The notes beneath the pieces are model-generated. The model was not told where the DNA came from, did no database searches, and worked only from the letters and a program-made list of their open reading frames with translations. From positions 1,088,001-1,152,000 of the forward strand of contig CAWFFH010000003.1 of NCBI GenBank assembly GCA_963815095.1: a stretch of 64,000 nucleotides of DNA, given 5' to 3'. Source of the stretch: Candidatus Bathyarchaeota archaeon (GTDB taxonomy: Archaea; Thermoproteota; Bathyarchaeia; Bathyarchaeales; Bathycorpusculaceae). Below, one piece after another: positions 29,016 through 38,659 of the stretch. A program made the position numbers and the translations under genes. The stretch's first letter is position 1; the number at the start of each line of letters is the position of its first letter.

Positions 29016-30080
29016 TCAACAGATTCTTGGTACTGGATCGCCAACTGGTTTTGCGATTATTCTTTTGCCACCCACCAAAGTTTGCATCGCTACTCCCTTG
29101 AATTCGGAGGTGATTTCGCCGATTATTTGTGCATCCTTGCCCTCTTTGGTCTGCTTTAAGAACGCGAGTACTTCTTCGGTTTTTTGGTGAACAGCGCCAA
29201 TTATGATTTTGCCCTCATTGCCAATTTCTAAGGGGTCTAGGCCAAGCATTTCGCATGCAGTTTGTACGTCGCTTCGGATTGGGACCTTGTCTTCATGGAT
29301 TAGGATGCCTATTTTTGATTTTTCGGTCCATTCGTTTAGGGCGTCGGCTAAGCCTCCTCGGGTGGGATCTTTCATTGCGACAACGCCGCCGACATTGCCC
29401 AGCAAACTTTGAATCATTCGGTTAAGCGGCTTCACATCCGACTTTATTTCACTGCCAAACTTTAAGCCCTGCTGTGCCGAAAGCACTGCTAAACCATGGT
29501 CTCCGATTGTGCCTGACAATATGATTTTGTCGCCGACTGCAAGGTTAGAATCAAGTGCCCAGCGGGCTTTAAGTTCACGATATTTCCTGGCAACTTGAAG
29601 GTTACTCTCGAGAGCTGGAGTTCGCCTGCCTATGCCTGAAACATTCATAACACATCCGCCTAGACTGCCCTTCTCCACAACTTTCGTATCACCCGTAACT
29701 ATGCCAACGCCCGCTTCAATGCAGGCTTGTCGCATGCTACCAAGGATAAGCTTCAAATCCGATAGTAACAAACCCTCCTCAAGGATGAGTCCGCAAGCCA
29801 ACGCATAAGGCTCCGCGCCCAAGCACGAAATATCGTTAACAGTACCTGAAATGGATAGACGCCCGATGTCGCCGCCTGGGAAAAATATGGGTTTAACGGC
29901 GTGGGAGTCGCTTTTGAAAACTATATCTCCAATGACTGCTGCGTCATCCATGGCTTCCAATGGAACTTCGGCTTCGTTGACTAATCCGCCAAAATATTTT
30001 ACTATGTAGTTTTTGACGAGGTCATGCATTACTGAGCCGCCCGCGCCATGCAGCATTGTGATTTTCTCGATTTTATCCAT
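29016..30080 (-). CDS. hypE: Carbamoyl dehydratase HypE
   Basis: HGAGG, FPGGDIG, GDTKVVE, KDPTRGG, C-terminal PRIC. Confidence 0.96.
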   Translation of the reverse strand: MDKIEKITMLHGAGGSVMHDLVKNYIVKYFGGLVNEAEVPLEAMDDAAVIGDIVFKSDSHAVKPIFFPGGDIGRLSISGTVNDISCLGAEPYALACGLILEEGLLLSDLKLILGSMRQACIEAGVGIVTGDTKVVEKGSLGGCVMNVSGIGRRTPALESNLQVARKYRELKARWALDSNLAVGDKIILSGTIGDHGLAVLSAQQGLKFGSEIKSDVKPLNRMIQSLLGNVGGVVAMKDPTRGGLADALNEWTEKSKIGILIHEDKVPIRSDVQTACEMLGLDPLEIGNEGKIIIGAVHQKTEEVLAFLKQTKEGKDAQIIGEITSEFKGVAMQTLVGGKRIIAKPVGDPVPRIC

Positions 30081-30410
30081 GGATTTGCTGTCCCCTGAGG
30101 CTTTTTACTAGAATAGAATAGCCTAAATGTGAAAAATAAACACATCGCAAAGAAATATGATTTTTCTAAGTTCTCAAATGAGGATAAAGTTATTGCAAGC
30201 TCTCGCCAGTAATTTTGATTTTGTTTTCTTAGAGTTTTTTAGGTAAAGTATAAATGGTTAAACGCAATCCCAAAACTATACACCTCACGCGTTCGAATTG
30301 TTCCGTCGCAGGAATGTCACTTAGTCAGTTAAGAGTAAAATCTTAGTTGTGATACGGAAAGCCATATAAATTGCTTTTACGTGTTTGAATGGCGCACTGG
30401 AGAAATATTA

Positions 30411-30896
30411 ATGCCAAAATGGGGATACACAATAATTGAAGAAATGCTCAATCCAGAAAAAACAGCGAAAGCAAGCGGAAGAGAACTCAAAGTATCCCAT
30501 AAAGCCGCACGGGAAGTCTGTAAAGCTGTTAAGGGCATGAATCTATCACAATCTAAAGAGTTTTTGCGCGACGTTATGGTCAAGAAAAGACCAGTTCCAT
30601 ATACAAGGTACACTAAAAAACTAGGCCATAAAGGCGGAATGCAAGGCAGATGCGTGGGCAGGTTCCCCATAAAGTGCGCCGAGCAAATTCTTCATGTTAT
30701 AGAAGCAGCCCAAGCCAATGCAGAAAACAAAGGCTTAGACGTTGACCGTCTCCGAATTATGCATGCAGCAGCTTACCAGGGTATAAAACTTAAGCGTTTT
30801 ATGCCAAGAGCACACGGCAGAGCCTCACCAAAATTCGATACAACCACACACGTTGAAATAGTCCTAGAAGAGAAACCGACTCAAGGAGAGCAATAA
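30411..30896 (+). CDS. rpl22: 50S ribosomal protein L22 (uL22)
   Basis: MPKWGY, GRFPIKCA, NAENKGLD, PRAHGRA. Confidence 0.95.
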   Translation: MPKWGYTIIEEMLNPEKTAKASGRELKVSHKAAREVCKAVKGMNLSQSKEFLRDVMVKKRPVPYTRYTKKLGHKGGMQGRCVGRFPIKCAEQILHVIEAAQANAENKGLDVDRLRIMHAAAYQGIKLKRFMPRAHGRASPKFDTTTHVEIVLEEKPTQGEQ

Positions 30897-31652
30897 ATGA
30901 GCATAGTTAAACGTTTCATCACTGAATCAATAAAAAGAACAGAAATAGATGAATTTTTACAAAAAAAGCTTGAACGCGCAGGATACGGTGGGGTAAACCT
31001 GTCTAAAACGCCACTCGGCACCCACGTGGTTATCTACGCTATGCGTCCCGGCTTAGTTATAGGCAGAGGCGGAGAAACCATCAAAGAACTCGCCTCAGCA
31101 TTAGAGCACAACTTTAAAGTTGCTAACCCTCAAATTTCAGTTTCAGAAATCGAAGTTCCAGAATTCAATGCCCATGTCGTCGCAAACCGCGTTGCTTCAG
31201 CTCTTGAGCGAGGAGTTCACTTTAGACGTGCAGGTTTCTGGGCACTAAACCAAGTAATGGAAGCAGGCGCACTTGGCGCAGAAATAGTGATCAGTGGAAA
31301 ACTCACCACCGAACGAGCACGCTTCGAAAAATTCAAAGCAGGTCACTTTCCAATAGTCGGTGAACCAGCACTTAAAGCCATGAAAACGGCCGAAGCCCAC
31401 GTTCTTCTAAAACCAGGCATAATCGGTGTCCGCGTCAAAATCATGCCGCCAGACGCATACTTCCCAGATAAAGTAACAATTATTGAGCCAGCCAAAGAAG
31501 AAGAAAATGTAGCTTCTCCACAAACACAAGCTCCCCCTACACCGGTGACTACACCAGTTGAGCCAAAAGCTGAAGTAGAGGCAGAACCCGAACCAGAAGT
31601 GCAAGCAAAAGAAGTTGTTGACGAACCAAAACCTGAGGAGACAAAAGAATAA
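30897..31652 (+). CDS. rps3: 30S ribosomal protein S3 with Pro/Glu-rich tail
   Basis: RAGYGG, RPGLVIGRGG, ERGVHFRRA. Confidence 0.95.
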   Translation: MSIVKRFITESIKRTEIDEFLQKKLERAGYGGVNLSKTPLGTHVVIYAMRPGLVIGRGGETIKELASALEHNFKVANPQISVSEIEVPEFNAHVVANRVASALERGVHFRRAGFWALNQVMEAGALGAEIVISGKLTTERARFEKFKAGHFPIVGEPALKAMKTAEAHVLLKPGIIGVRVKIMPPDAYFPDKVTIIEPAKEEENVASPQTQAPPTPVTTPVEPKAEVEAEPEPEVQAKEVVDEPKPEETKE

Positions 31653-31942
31653 TGCGAGTAAAGGACATCAATGCCCTATCAACTGATGATAGAGCGACAA
31701 AACTTGCTGATTTACGCATAGAATTAGCTCGTATGAGAACTATGGTTAATGCAGGTGGCGCTGTTGAGAACCCAACACGTATACGGGAACTGCGCAGAAC
31801 CATCGCCCAAATATTAACTATTCAAAACGAGAAAAAATTGGGAATCAGGCAGGCTGTTGAAGAGACAAAACAAGAAAAGAAAGTCCCAAAAACCGCCAAA
31901 GTTCCAAAAGCTAAGAAAGAATCTAAGGAGACCGTTTCCTAA
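31652..31942 (+). CDS. rpl29: 50S ribosomal protein L29
   Basis: ENPTRIRELRRTIAQILTI. Confidence 0.93.
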   Translation: MRVKDINALSTDDRATKLADLRIELARMRTMVNAGGAVENPTRIRELRRTIAQILTIQNEKKLGIRQAVEETKQEKKVPKTAKVPKAKKESKETVS

Positions 31943-32223
31943 TGAAAGTAACTCCTGATATTATCCGTTACGAGTTTATCGGTGCTCAAGCAAGAATCGC
32001 TCAGAGTGTTCATGCAGGTTACCTTGGTTTAGCTGGTCCAGTAATTGCAGAAACTAAAAACACATTGACTCTGATTCATCAAGGTCAACCTAAAAATGTC
32101 ATAAAAGACTTGGCAACCTTTGACTTCAAATTTGGCGATGGTACAACTGTAGAAATTGACGGTAACCTATTAGTTGGCAGGTCTGAAGACAGGCTAAAGA
32201 AAGGTGTAAAGAGGTTATGGTAA
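31942..32223 (+). CDS. rnp1: Ribonuclease P protein component 1 (Rpp29)
   Basis: EFIG...G.VIAETKNT...IDGNLLVGRSEDRLK; conserved position. Confidence 0.9.
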   Translation: MKVTPDIIRYEFIGAQARIAQSVHAGYLGLAGPVIAETKNTLTLIHQGQPKNVIKDLATFDFKFGDGTTVEIDGNLLVGRSEDRLKKGVKRLW

Positions 32224-32224
32224 T

Positions 32225-32545
32225 ATGTCGATGAATTTTAAGCAACCAAAAAAGACATGTGACGACCGAAATTGTCCATTCCACGGTGAGTTAGCTGTGC
32301 GAGGACGTGTCCTGGAAGGTGTCGTTCACACTGCAAAGATGGATAAAACTGTTATTGTTGACCGAGAATTTACTCAATTCTCCTCAAAATTTGTTCGCTA
32401 TGAACGCAGACACGGCCATATTGCTTCCCACAATCCACCATGCATTGACGTTAAGGAAGGCGACCGCGTAAAAATCGCAGAGTGCCGACCAGTCAGTAAG
32501 ACAGTATCATTTGTGGTTGTAGAAAAATTAGGAGAGGAACGATAA
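32225..32545 (+). CDS. rps17: 30S ribosomal protein S17
   Basis: CDDRNCPFHG, HNPPC, ECRPVSKT. Confidence 0.95.
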   Translation: MSMNFKQPKKTCDDRNCPFHGELAVRGRVLEGVVHTAKMDKTVIVDREFTQFSSKFVRYERRHGHIASHNPPCIDVKEGDRVKIAECRPVSKTVSFVVVEKLGEER

Positions 32546-32546
32546 T

Positions 32547-32990
32547 ATGTGTGCGGCGAAGGCAAAGCAGAGAGCCTTAACAGCAAAAGGTATGCTTTCT
32601 CACGGCCAGAAAATTAGTCGTGGACTCTTAGCAGGCTCCGAATTAAGGTGTACCGATAACACAGGTGCACGGGTTTTGCGTTTGATCCAAGCAATGGGTT
32701 ATAAAGGTAGACTAAGACGTTACCCATCAGCCACTGTTGGCGACAAAGTAACTGTTTCCGTACGTCAAGGCTCACCCGACATGCGCAAAAAAATATTCCA
32801 AGCCGTTATTGTCCGCCAAAGGAAATGTTTCCGACGTGTTGACGGGGTTTGGATTCAATTTGAAGATAACGCCGCAGTAATAATCACACCTGACGGCGAA
32901 ATGAAGGGTTCTGAAATTCGTGGCCCAGTAGCAAGAGAGGCAGCTGAAAGATGGCCAAGAATCGCAAGTGCCTCCAGCATAATTGTGTAG
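32547..32990 (+). CDS. rpl14: 50S ribosomal protein L14
   Basis: DNTGAR, FEDNAAVI, GPVAREAAERWP. Confidence 0.95.
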   Translation: MCAAKAKQRALTAKGMLSHGQKISRGLLAGSELRCTDNTGARVLRLIQAMGYKGRLRRYPSATVGDKVTVSVRQGSPDMRKKIFQAVIVRQRKCFRRVDGVWIQFEDNAAVIITPDGEMKGSEIRGPVAREAAERWPRIASASSIIV

Positions 32991-33000
32991 GTGTAGAATA

Positions 33001-33654
33001 ATGCAAAATACAAAACGTGTAAAGAACCCTGGTAAACAAAGAAAGATGCTCTTTAACGCTCCCGCTCACATACGACACAAATTCATGTCAGCCCCTCTAT
33101 CACGTGAGTTAACTGCGTCAAGAGGCGCAAAGACTCTTCCAGTAAGAAGAGGCGATACCATTCTCATTAAACGCGGAGATAACAAAGGATTTGAAGGCAA
33201 AGTTTCCCGGGTTGACCTGAAAGCATTCCGCATTTACATTGAAGGATTGACACGCGAAAAAGTAGACGGAACGAACATCTTCCTCCCCGTTCACCCATCC
33301 AAAGTTGAGATACGGAACCTCAACTTGGACGATAAATGGCGAAAGAATATTCTTGAAAGAAAGAAAGCGACAGAAGCTCCCATTAAACAAGAAAAAACTA
33401 AAGCTAAGCCAGCAAAGAAAGCTGAAAAGGCTCCAACTAAAACAAAAGCGGAAGTTGAAGAAGAAAAAACCGTAGATGCAGAAGTTGCAAAAGGGCCTGC
33501 ATCAGAAATGACAACCAAAGAAGCACCCGCAAAGAAGCCTGTCGTCAAAAAAACAGTAACGTCTACAGCAGCAAAGAAGGCACCAGCTGCAAAAGAAACC
33601 GCGTCAAAGGCAAAGTCTAAGAAAACCTCTGAAAAAACTCAAGGAGAACAATAA
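33001..33654 (+). CDS. rpl24: 50S ribosomal protein L24 with long Lys/Ala/Glu tail
   Basis: PGKQRK...APAH, VRRGD, PVHPSKVEI. Confidence 0.95.
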   Translation: MQNTKRVKNPGKQRKMLFNAPAHIRHKFMSAPLSRELTASRGAKTLPVRRGDTILIKRGDNKGFEGKVSRVDLKAFRIYIEGLTREKVDGTNIFLPVHPSKVEIRNLNLDDKWRKNILERKKATEAPIKQEKTKAKPAKKAEKAPTKTKAEVEEEKTVDAEVAKGPASEMTTKEAPAKKPVVKKTVTSTAAKKAPAAKETASKAKSKKTSEKTQGEQ

Positions 33655-33657
33655 AAA

Positions 33658-34422
33658 ATGGGTAAAAAAGGAAAAACTGCAAGGCTGAAACGTAAGCCAG
33701 CTCCAGCATTCTGGCCAATTCACAGAAAAGAATTACCATGGATAGTGAAGCCATCATCAGGTTCACATTCACTGGAAAAATGTGTACCCCTAACGATGGT
33801 TCTAAGGGATATGCTGGGTGTAGCACAAACAAGAAAGGAAGGCAAAATAATTATTTCCCAAGGCAAAGTAATAGTCAACGGGAAAGTTTACAAGAAAGAC
33901 GACATCCCAGTTGGATTAATGGATGTCATTGCTTTCCCTGATAGCGACAAATACTACAGGGTTATGCCATCACACAAAGGTTTGGTTTTAGCTCCAATAA
34001 ATAAGGAAGAATCCAATGTATCTTTGCTTAGAGTAGAGAACAAAACCACGGTCAATAGCGGAGTACAAATTGCTGTTCACGATGGTTCAGTGATGCTGGT
34101 AAAAGTGGCTGACCCAAAAAAACCAGTTGAAGTGACATTTGAAACATTCGATATCTTGAAAGTAACTTATCCAGATAAACAAGTAGTTCAAACCTTAAAG
34201 GTAAAGGAAGGAAACTTGGCAGTAATTACCGGCGGAAAAAACATCGGCAAACTCGGTAAAATAGTTGAAATTGAAAAAACAGAAGCAAAAAAACGTCGCC
34301 AAGCCCTAGTAGTCATCGAAGACTCAGAAGGTAAACGTTGCCAAACAATCCTTGACTTCATCTTCTCAATAGGAGAAACTGAACCACTTATAACTCAACT
34401 GGAGGCATCAGAAGTTGTCTGA
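33658..34422 (+). CDS. rps4e: 30S ribosomal protein S4e
   Basis: LKRKPAPAFWPIHRK, PVGLMDVI, ITGGKNIG. Confidence 0.95.
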   Translation: MGKKGKTARLKRKPAPAFWPIHRKELPWIVKPSSGSHSLEKCVPLTMVLRDMLGVAQTRKEGKIIISQGKVIVNGKVYKKDDIPVGLMDVIAFPDSDKYYRVMPSHKGLVLAPINKEESNVSLLRVENKTTVNSGVQIAVHDGSVMLVKVADPKKPVEVTFETFDILKVTYPDKQVVQTLKVKEGNLAVITGGKNIGKLGKIVEIEKTEAKKRRQALVVIEDSEGKRCQTILDFIFSIGETEPLITQLEASEVV

Positions 34423-34954
34423 AGAAGCACTAATTAGTAAATGGGAACAACATCCAATGTTAAAGCCACGAATCGATAAAGTAGTAGTGAACCTTAACGT
34501 TGGGAAATCAGGCGAACCACTTGAAAAAGCAAACAGCGTCCTCAAGGAAATCACAGGTCAAACACCAATAAAAAGGAGAGCCAAGAAAACAATCCGAGAC
34601 TTCGGCATACGTGAAGGTGAATCAATCGCCGTTGTCGTAACCTTGCGTAAACAAAAAGCCATAGATTTCCTCAAAAAAATATTGCCTGTAGTAGATAACA
34701 AGGTTGCAAAACGTTCCTTTGACGAACGCGGCAACTTTGCCTTTGGTCTAAAAGAACACATTGAAATTCCAGGCGTAAAATACGACCCAGAAATTGGCAT
34801 TTTTGGAATGGATGTCTGTGTCTCAGTTAATCGTCCTGGACAAAGAATCAGAATCCGCAGAAAACAAAACAAGAAAATCGGTCCAAAGCACCTGTTAACA
34901 CCTGATGAATCAATTGTTTTCATAAAACAAACTTTAGGAGTCGAAATCGTCTAA
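34415..34954 (+). CDS. rpl5: 50S ribosomal protein L5
   Basis: [27 protein letters not shown]. Confidence 0.95.
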   Translation: MSEEALISKWEQHPMLKPRIDKVVVNLNVGKSGEPLEKANSVLKEITGQTPIKRRAKKTIRDFGIREGESIAVVVTLRKQKAIDFLKKILPVVDNKVAKRSFDERGNFAFGLKEHIEIPGVKYDPEIGIFGMDVCVSVNRPGQRIRIRRKQNKKIGPKHLLTPDESIVFIKQTLGVEIV

Positions 34955-34970
34955 AACTGAGAGTGAATGT

Positions 34971-35135
34971 ATGGGAAAAGAGCAAGTTAAGAAAGTAAGA
35001 AAATACGGCAAAGGTTCACGCCCATGTGTTAGATGTGGTTCGTATGGACCAGTCATCCGACGTTATGATTTATATTTATGTAGGACATGCTTTAGAGAAG
35101 CTGCACCAAAATTGGGGTTCAAGAAATACGAGTAG
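34971..35135 (+). CDS. rps14: 30S ribosomal protein S14 (Zn type; not in ORF track)
   Basis: Hand translation: MGKEQ...[11 protein letters not shown]...[19 protein letters not shown]. Confidence 0.95.
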   Translation: MGKEQVKKVRKYGKGSRPCVRCGSYGPVIRRYDLYLCRTCFREAAPKLGFKKYE

Positions 35136-35151
35136 GAGCTAAAGAAAAACT

Positions 35152-35535
35152 ATGGATACTTTAACAAATGGTTTGATAACCATCAAAAACAACGAAACAC
35201 GCAACAAGCGCGAATGTATAATTAGCCCTGCCTCTAAACTTTTGGGACGCGTATTACGCATTATGCAGCTTAACGGTTACATCGGAGAATTCGAGTTCAT
35301 CGACGATGGACGCCAAGGAAAATTCAAAGTCCAACTGCTGGGTAGGATAAACAAATGCGGGCCAGTTAAACCACGTTTCGCCGTAAAGGTTGACGAATTT
35401 GAAGAATGGGAAAAGAAGTTCCTCCCATCAAGAGATGTTGGCATAATGGTTGTTTCAACTTCCAAAGGCGTAATAGGTCACAAAGATGCTGAAGGAAAAA
35501 ACCTTGGAGGAAGGCTCTTAGCCTTCGTGTATTAA
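35152..35535 (+). CDS. rps8: 30S ribosomal protein S8
   Basis: GYIGEFEFIDDGR, LLGRINKCG, GGRLLAFVY. Confidence 0.95.
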   Translation: MDTLTNGLITIKNNETRNKRECIISPASKLLGRVLRIMQLNGYIGEFEFIDDGRQGKFKVQLLGRINKCGPVKPRFAVKVDEFEEWEKKFLPSRDVGIMVVSTSKGVIGHKDAEGKNLGGRLLAFVY

Positions 35536-35547
35536 GGAGTGTAATTT

Positions 35548-36093
35548 ATGCGGCTTCCAGAAATATCTAAAACTGTTCAAGTTCCAAATGACGTAACCCT
35601 GAGTCTAGAAAGCAAAAAAATCAGTGTCAAAGGTGCTAAAGGTACATTAATACGCGATTTCTCGTTTGCTCCAATTTCAATAGAAGGCGAAGGCAAAAAC
35701 GTCCGCATTTCAGCCAAGTGGCCGCGCAAAAAGGAAGCTGCTCTGGTAGGCACTATCTATTCGCACATAAATAACATGATAACAGGCGTAACAAAAGGCT
35801 ACCAATACAAACTCAAAATAGTATTCTCGCACTTTCCCATTTCAGTAAAGCTTCAGGACAAATCCGTCTTGATTGAAAACTTTACGGGAGAACGTAGACC
35901 TCGCAGGATAAAATTAGTCGGTAGCGTTAAAGTGAAAATTGAACCTGACGACATCATTGTTGAAGGCGCAAACTTGGAAGAAGTCAGCCAAACCGCCGCC
36001 AACATTGAACAGGCAACACGGGTTAGAAATAAAGACCCAAGAGTTTTCCTCGACGGCATATACGTATATGAAAGAAACGAAGGAATGGCATAA
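35548..36093 (+). CDS. rpl6: 50S ribosomal protein L6
   Basis: HINNMITGVT, SHFPI, DPRVFLDGIY. Confidence 0.95.
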   Translation: MRLPEISKTVQVPNDVTLSLESKKISVKGAKGTLIRDFSFAPISIEGEGKNVRISAKWPRKKEAALVGTIYSHINNMITGVTKGYQYKLKIVFSHFPISVKLQDKSVLIENFTGERRPRRIKLVGSVKVKIEPDDIIVEGANLEEVSQTAANIEQATRVRNKDPRVFLDGIYVYERNEGMA

Positions 36094-36656
36094 TGACTGA
36101 AAAGAAACCTTCCCCATCACGCGAAGCACTCAAACTTAGAGCGCGCGCAAGGAACAAGAAACCCAAATTCGTAAGAGCTGAAAGCTGGAAATACGACCGC
36201 TTCAGCATAAGCTGGAGAAAACCACGCGGCTTAGACAACAAAATACGCCGAAAAATCAAAGGGTGGCCACCAGGACCCAGTATGGGTTACAAGGGACCAA
36301 AAATCGCCCGATTCCTCCATCCATCCGGATACCGCGAAGTCATAATTTTCAATGTAGAAGGCTTATCCACTATAGATCCTAACACTCAAGCTGCACGCAT
36401 CTCCCACACAGTCGGCAAACGAAAACGCGCTGGAATCATAGCAGAAGCTAAGAATCTTAATATTAAAATTTTGAACCTCAAAGTTTCTAAGGAAACTGAA
36501 GAAGAGACAACCGAGGAAGTCGCTGAGGGTGAAGCACCAGAGGCAGAAGCTGCAGAGAAAGAAGCCTCAAAAGAAGAGAAGAAGCCAAAGAAAGAAACCA
36601 AAAAGAAAGCACCCAAAACTAAACCTAAAGCCAAGAAGGGAGAAAAGAAACAATGA
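36093..36656 (+). CDS. rpl32e: 50S ribosomal protein L32e with Glu/Lys tail
   Basis: WRKPRGLDNK, LHPSGY. Confidence 0.95.
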   Translation: MTEKKPSPSREALKLRARARNKKPKFVRAESWKYDRFSISWRKPRGLDNKIRRKIKGWPPGPSMGYKGPKIARFLHPSGYREVIIFNVEGLSTIDPNTQAARISHTVGKRKRAGIIAEAKNLNIKILNLKVSKETEEETTEEVAEGEAPEAEAAEKEASKEEKKPKKETKKKAPKTKPKAKKGEKKQ

Positions 36657-37108
36657 CTGACTTAAGCGGACAAAGACGTTTAGCTGCTCAAATCCTCAAG
36701 ATTGGGCAAAACCGTGTTTGGATTAATCCTGAACGTATGGCTGATGTTGAAGGCGCAATTACACGTGAAGAGGTTAGAAAGCTGATTCACGAGAAAATAA
36801 TCGTTACATTGCCCCAACAAGGAGTAAGCAGATCCCGCGCAAAGGTTATTCGAGCCAAAAAACTCAAGGGCAGACGTAGTGGTCCAGGAAGCCTAAAAGG
36901 CGCTAGCCACTCAAAGGTTACCAAGAAAGAAGCTTGGATGATAAAAATTCGTTCTCTACGGCGCAAGCTTAGAGATTTGAAAGCAAGAAAAGTCATAACT
37001 GACGAAACCTACACCCAATATTACAGGATGGCAGGCAGCGGCAGATTTGAGTCTATTGCTGATTTAGAACGCAATTTGAAAGCGCATGATTTATGGAGGA
37101 AACGTTAG
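36653..37108 (+). CDS. rpl19e: 50S ribosomal protein L19e
   Basis: QRRLAAQILK...VWINP, WMIKIRSLRR. Confidence 0.95.
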   Translation: MTDLSGQRRLAAQILKIGQNRVWINPERMADVEGAITREEVRKLIHEKIIVTLPQQGVSRSRAKVIRAKKLKGRRSGPGSLKGASHSKVTKKEAWMIKIRSLRRKLRDLKARKVITDETYTQYYRMAGSGRFESIADLERNLKAHDLWRKR

Positions 37109-38005
37109 ATGGCAAAAAAAGCAAATTACCGAGTACAACTGCGACGTAGGCGTGAAGGAAAAACCGATTACCAAGCCCGCAAGGCACTGGTTACATCCAG
37201 AAAGCCAAGGCTTGTCACAAGGGCGTCACTCAAAAATGTTGAAGTACAAATAATAATCGCTAAGCCCCATGGTGATGAGGTTTTAGCATCAGCTAACAGC
37301 CGCGAACTCATTAAGTCTTATGGATGGAGAGCTCCCACAGGCAACATCCCCGCTGCTTACCTAACGGGTTTGCTTTGCGGTGTGAAAGCTAAAGCTGCAG
37401 GCATAAAAGAGGCAATTTTGGACATAGGCTTGGTTTCGCCAACGAAAGGCTCAAAAATCTTCGCTGTCTTAAGCGGCGTGGTTGACGCTGGAGTGCAAGT
37501 TCCTCACGGTGAAGATAAAATCGTCAAAGAACGTATGAAAGGAGAACACATAGCCAAATATGCAAAAACCTTGGGCATCGGATCCGAAGATTACACAGCC
37601 AAATTCTCACAGTACAACGCGCAAGGTGTGGCTCCAGAAAAAATCGCTGAACACTTCACTAAAGTTAAAGCTGACATTTTGTCTGGCTCAAAGAGTGCTA
37701 AAATAGCCGTAGTAGCTGTTGCACCAAAAGCGGCCTCAAAAGAGAAAGCTACAAAAGCAGCGGTTAAAACAGCAGCACCAGCCCAAAAAGAAAAAGCACC
37801 AATTAAGGCTAAAGAAGAAAAACCAGCAGAAGTAGAACCTGTGAAAGCGAAAGCTGCACCAAAAGCGAAAGTAGCCAAAGAGAAAACGCCAAAGGAAAAA
37901 GTTACAAAAGAAAAAGCTGCCCCAAAAGAAAAAGAGGCAAAAGCACCAAAAGAAGCTGCAACCAAAAAAAAGGCTACAGCTAAGAAAGGTGGAAAGAAAG
38001 CATGA
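37109..38005 (+). CDS. rpl18: 50S ribosomal protein L18 with about 100-aa Lys/Ala/Glu tail
   Basis: RRRREGKTDY, NIPAAYLTG, ILDIGL. Confidence 0.95.
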   Translation: MAKKANYRVQLRRRREGKTDYQARKALVTSRKPRLVTRASLKNVEVQIIIAKPHGDEVLASANSRELIKSYGWRAPTGNIPAAYLTGLLCGVKAKAAGIKEAILDIGLVSPTKGSKIFAVLSGVVDAGVQVPHGEDKIVKERMKGEHIAKYAKTLGIGSEDYTAKFSQYNAQGVAPEKIAEHFTKVKADILSGSKSAKIAVVAVAPKAASKEKATKAAVKTAAPAQKEKAPIKAKEEKPAEVEPVKAKAAPKAKVAKEKTPKEKVTKEKAAPKEKEAKAPKEAATKKKATAKKGGKKA

Positions 38006-38658
38006 GTAGTAGAAACCGAAATGAAAGAGAAAAGCGTACGACTAACTTAGAAGCTTGGATACCAAAAACCCGGCTTGGTAAGATGATTCAGGAAGGCAAA
38101 ATTACCAGCATCGAAGACGTCTTCTTATCGGGCATAAAAATCTCCGAATCTCAAATCGTCGACTCGTTGATTCCTGACTTGCAGGAAGAAGTCATAAACG
38201 TTAACTTGGTTCAGAAGCAAACTGACGCAGGCGAAAAATCACGCTTCAAAGCCATCGTCGCAGTCGGCAACCGAGACGGCTACATTGGATTAGGCAGCGG
38301 AAAAGCTAGCCAAGTAAGAAACGCTATCGAAAAAGCCGCAGTAAATGCCCGCTTAAACATTATCCCCGTTAAACGAGGATGCGGAAGTTGGGAATGTGGC
38401 TGCGGTAAACCACACTCAGTGCCATTCGAAGTAGAAGGTAAATGTGGCGGTGTCCGTGTAATTATCGTTCCAGGGCCAAGAGGTTTAGGTTTAGTTTCAA
38501 GCGAAGTAGCAAAAGTTATATTAGGTTTAGCTGGTGTGAAAGACCTTTGGATGCGAAGTTTCGGTTCCACAAGAACGGTGCCCTCTTACGCATGCGCAAT
38601 CTTTGACGGATTAAGGAAGACTTATAATTTGATTACCACAGTGGACTGGGTGAAGTAA
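38002..38658 (+). CDS. rps5: 30S ribosomal protein S5
   Basis: WIPKTRLG, RGCGSWECGC, PGPRGLGL. Confidence 0.95.
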   Translation: MSSRNRNEREKRTTNLEAWIPKTRLGKMIQEGKITSIEDVFLSGIKISESQIVDSLIPDLQEEVINVNLVQKQTDAGEKSRFKAIVAVGNRDGYIGLGSGKASQVRNAIEKAAVNARLNIIPVKRGCGSWECGCGKPHSVPFEVEGKCGGVRVIIVPGPRGLGLVSSEVAKVILGLAGVKDLWMRSFGSTRTVPSYACAIFDGLRKTYNLITTVDWVK

Positions 38659-38659
38659 A

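Noticed and set aside
37690-38000. A-rich repeats as a DNA repeat array or CRISPR
   Set aside because: They encode the Lys/Ala/Glu tail of L18; there is no fixed repeat-spacer periodicity.
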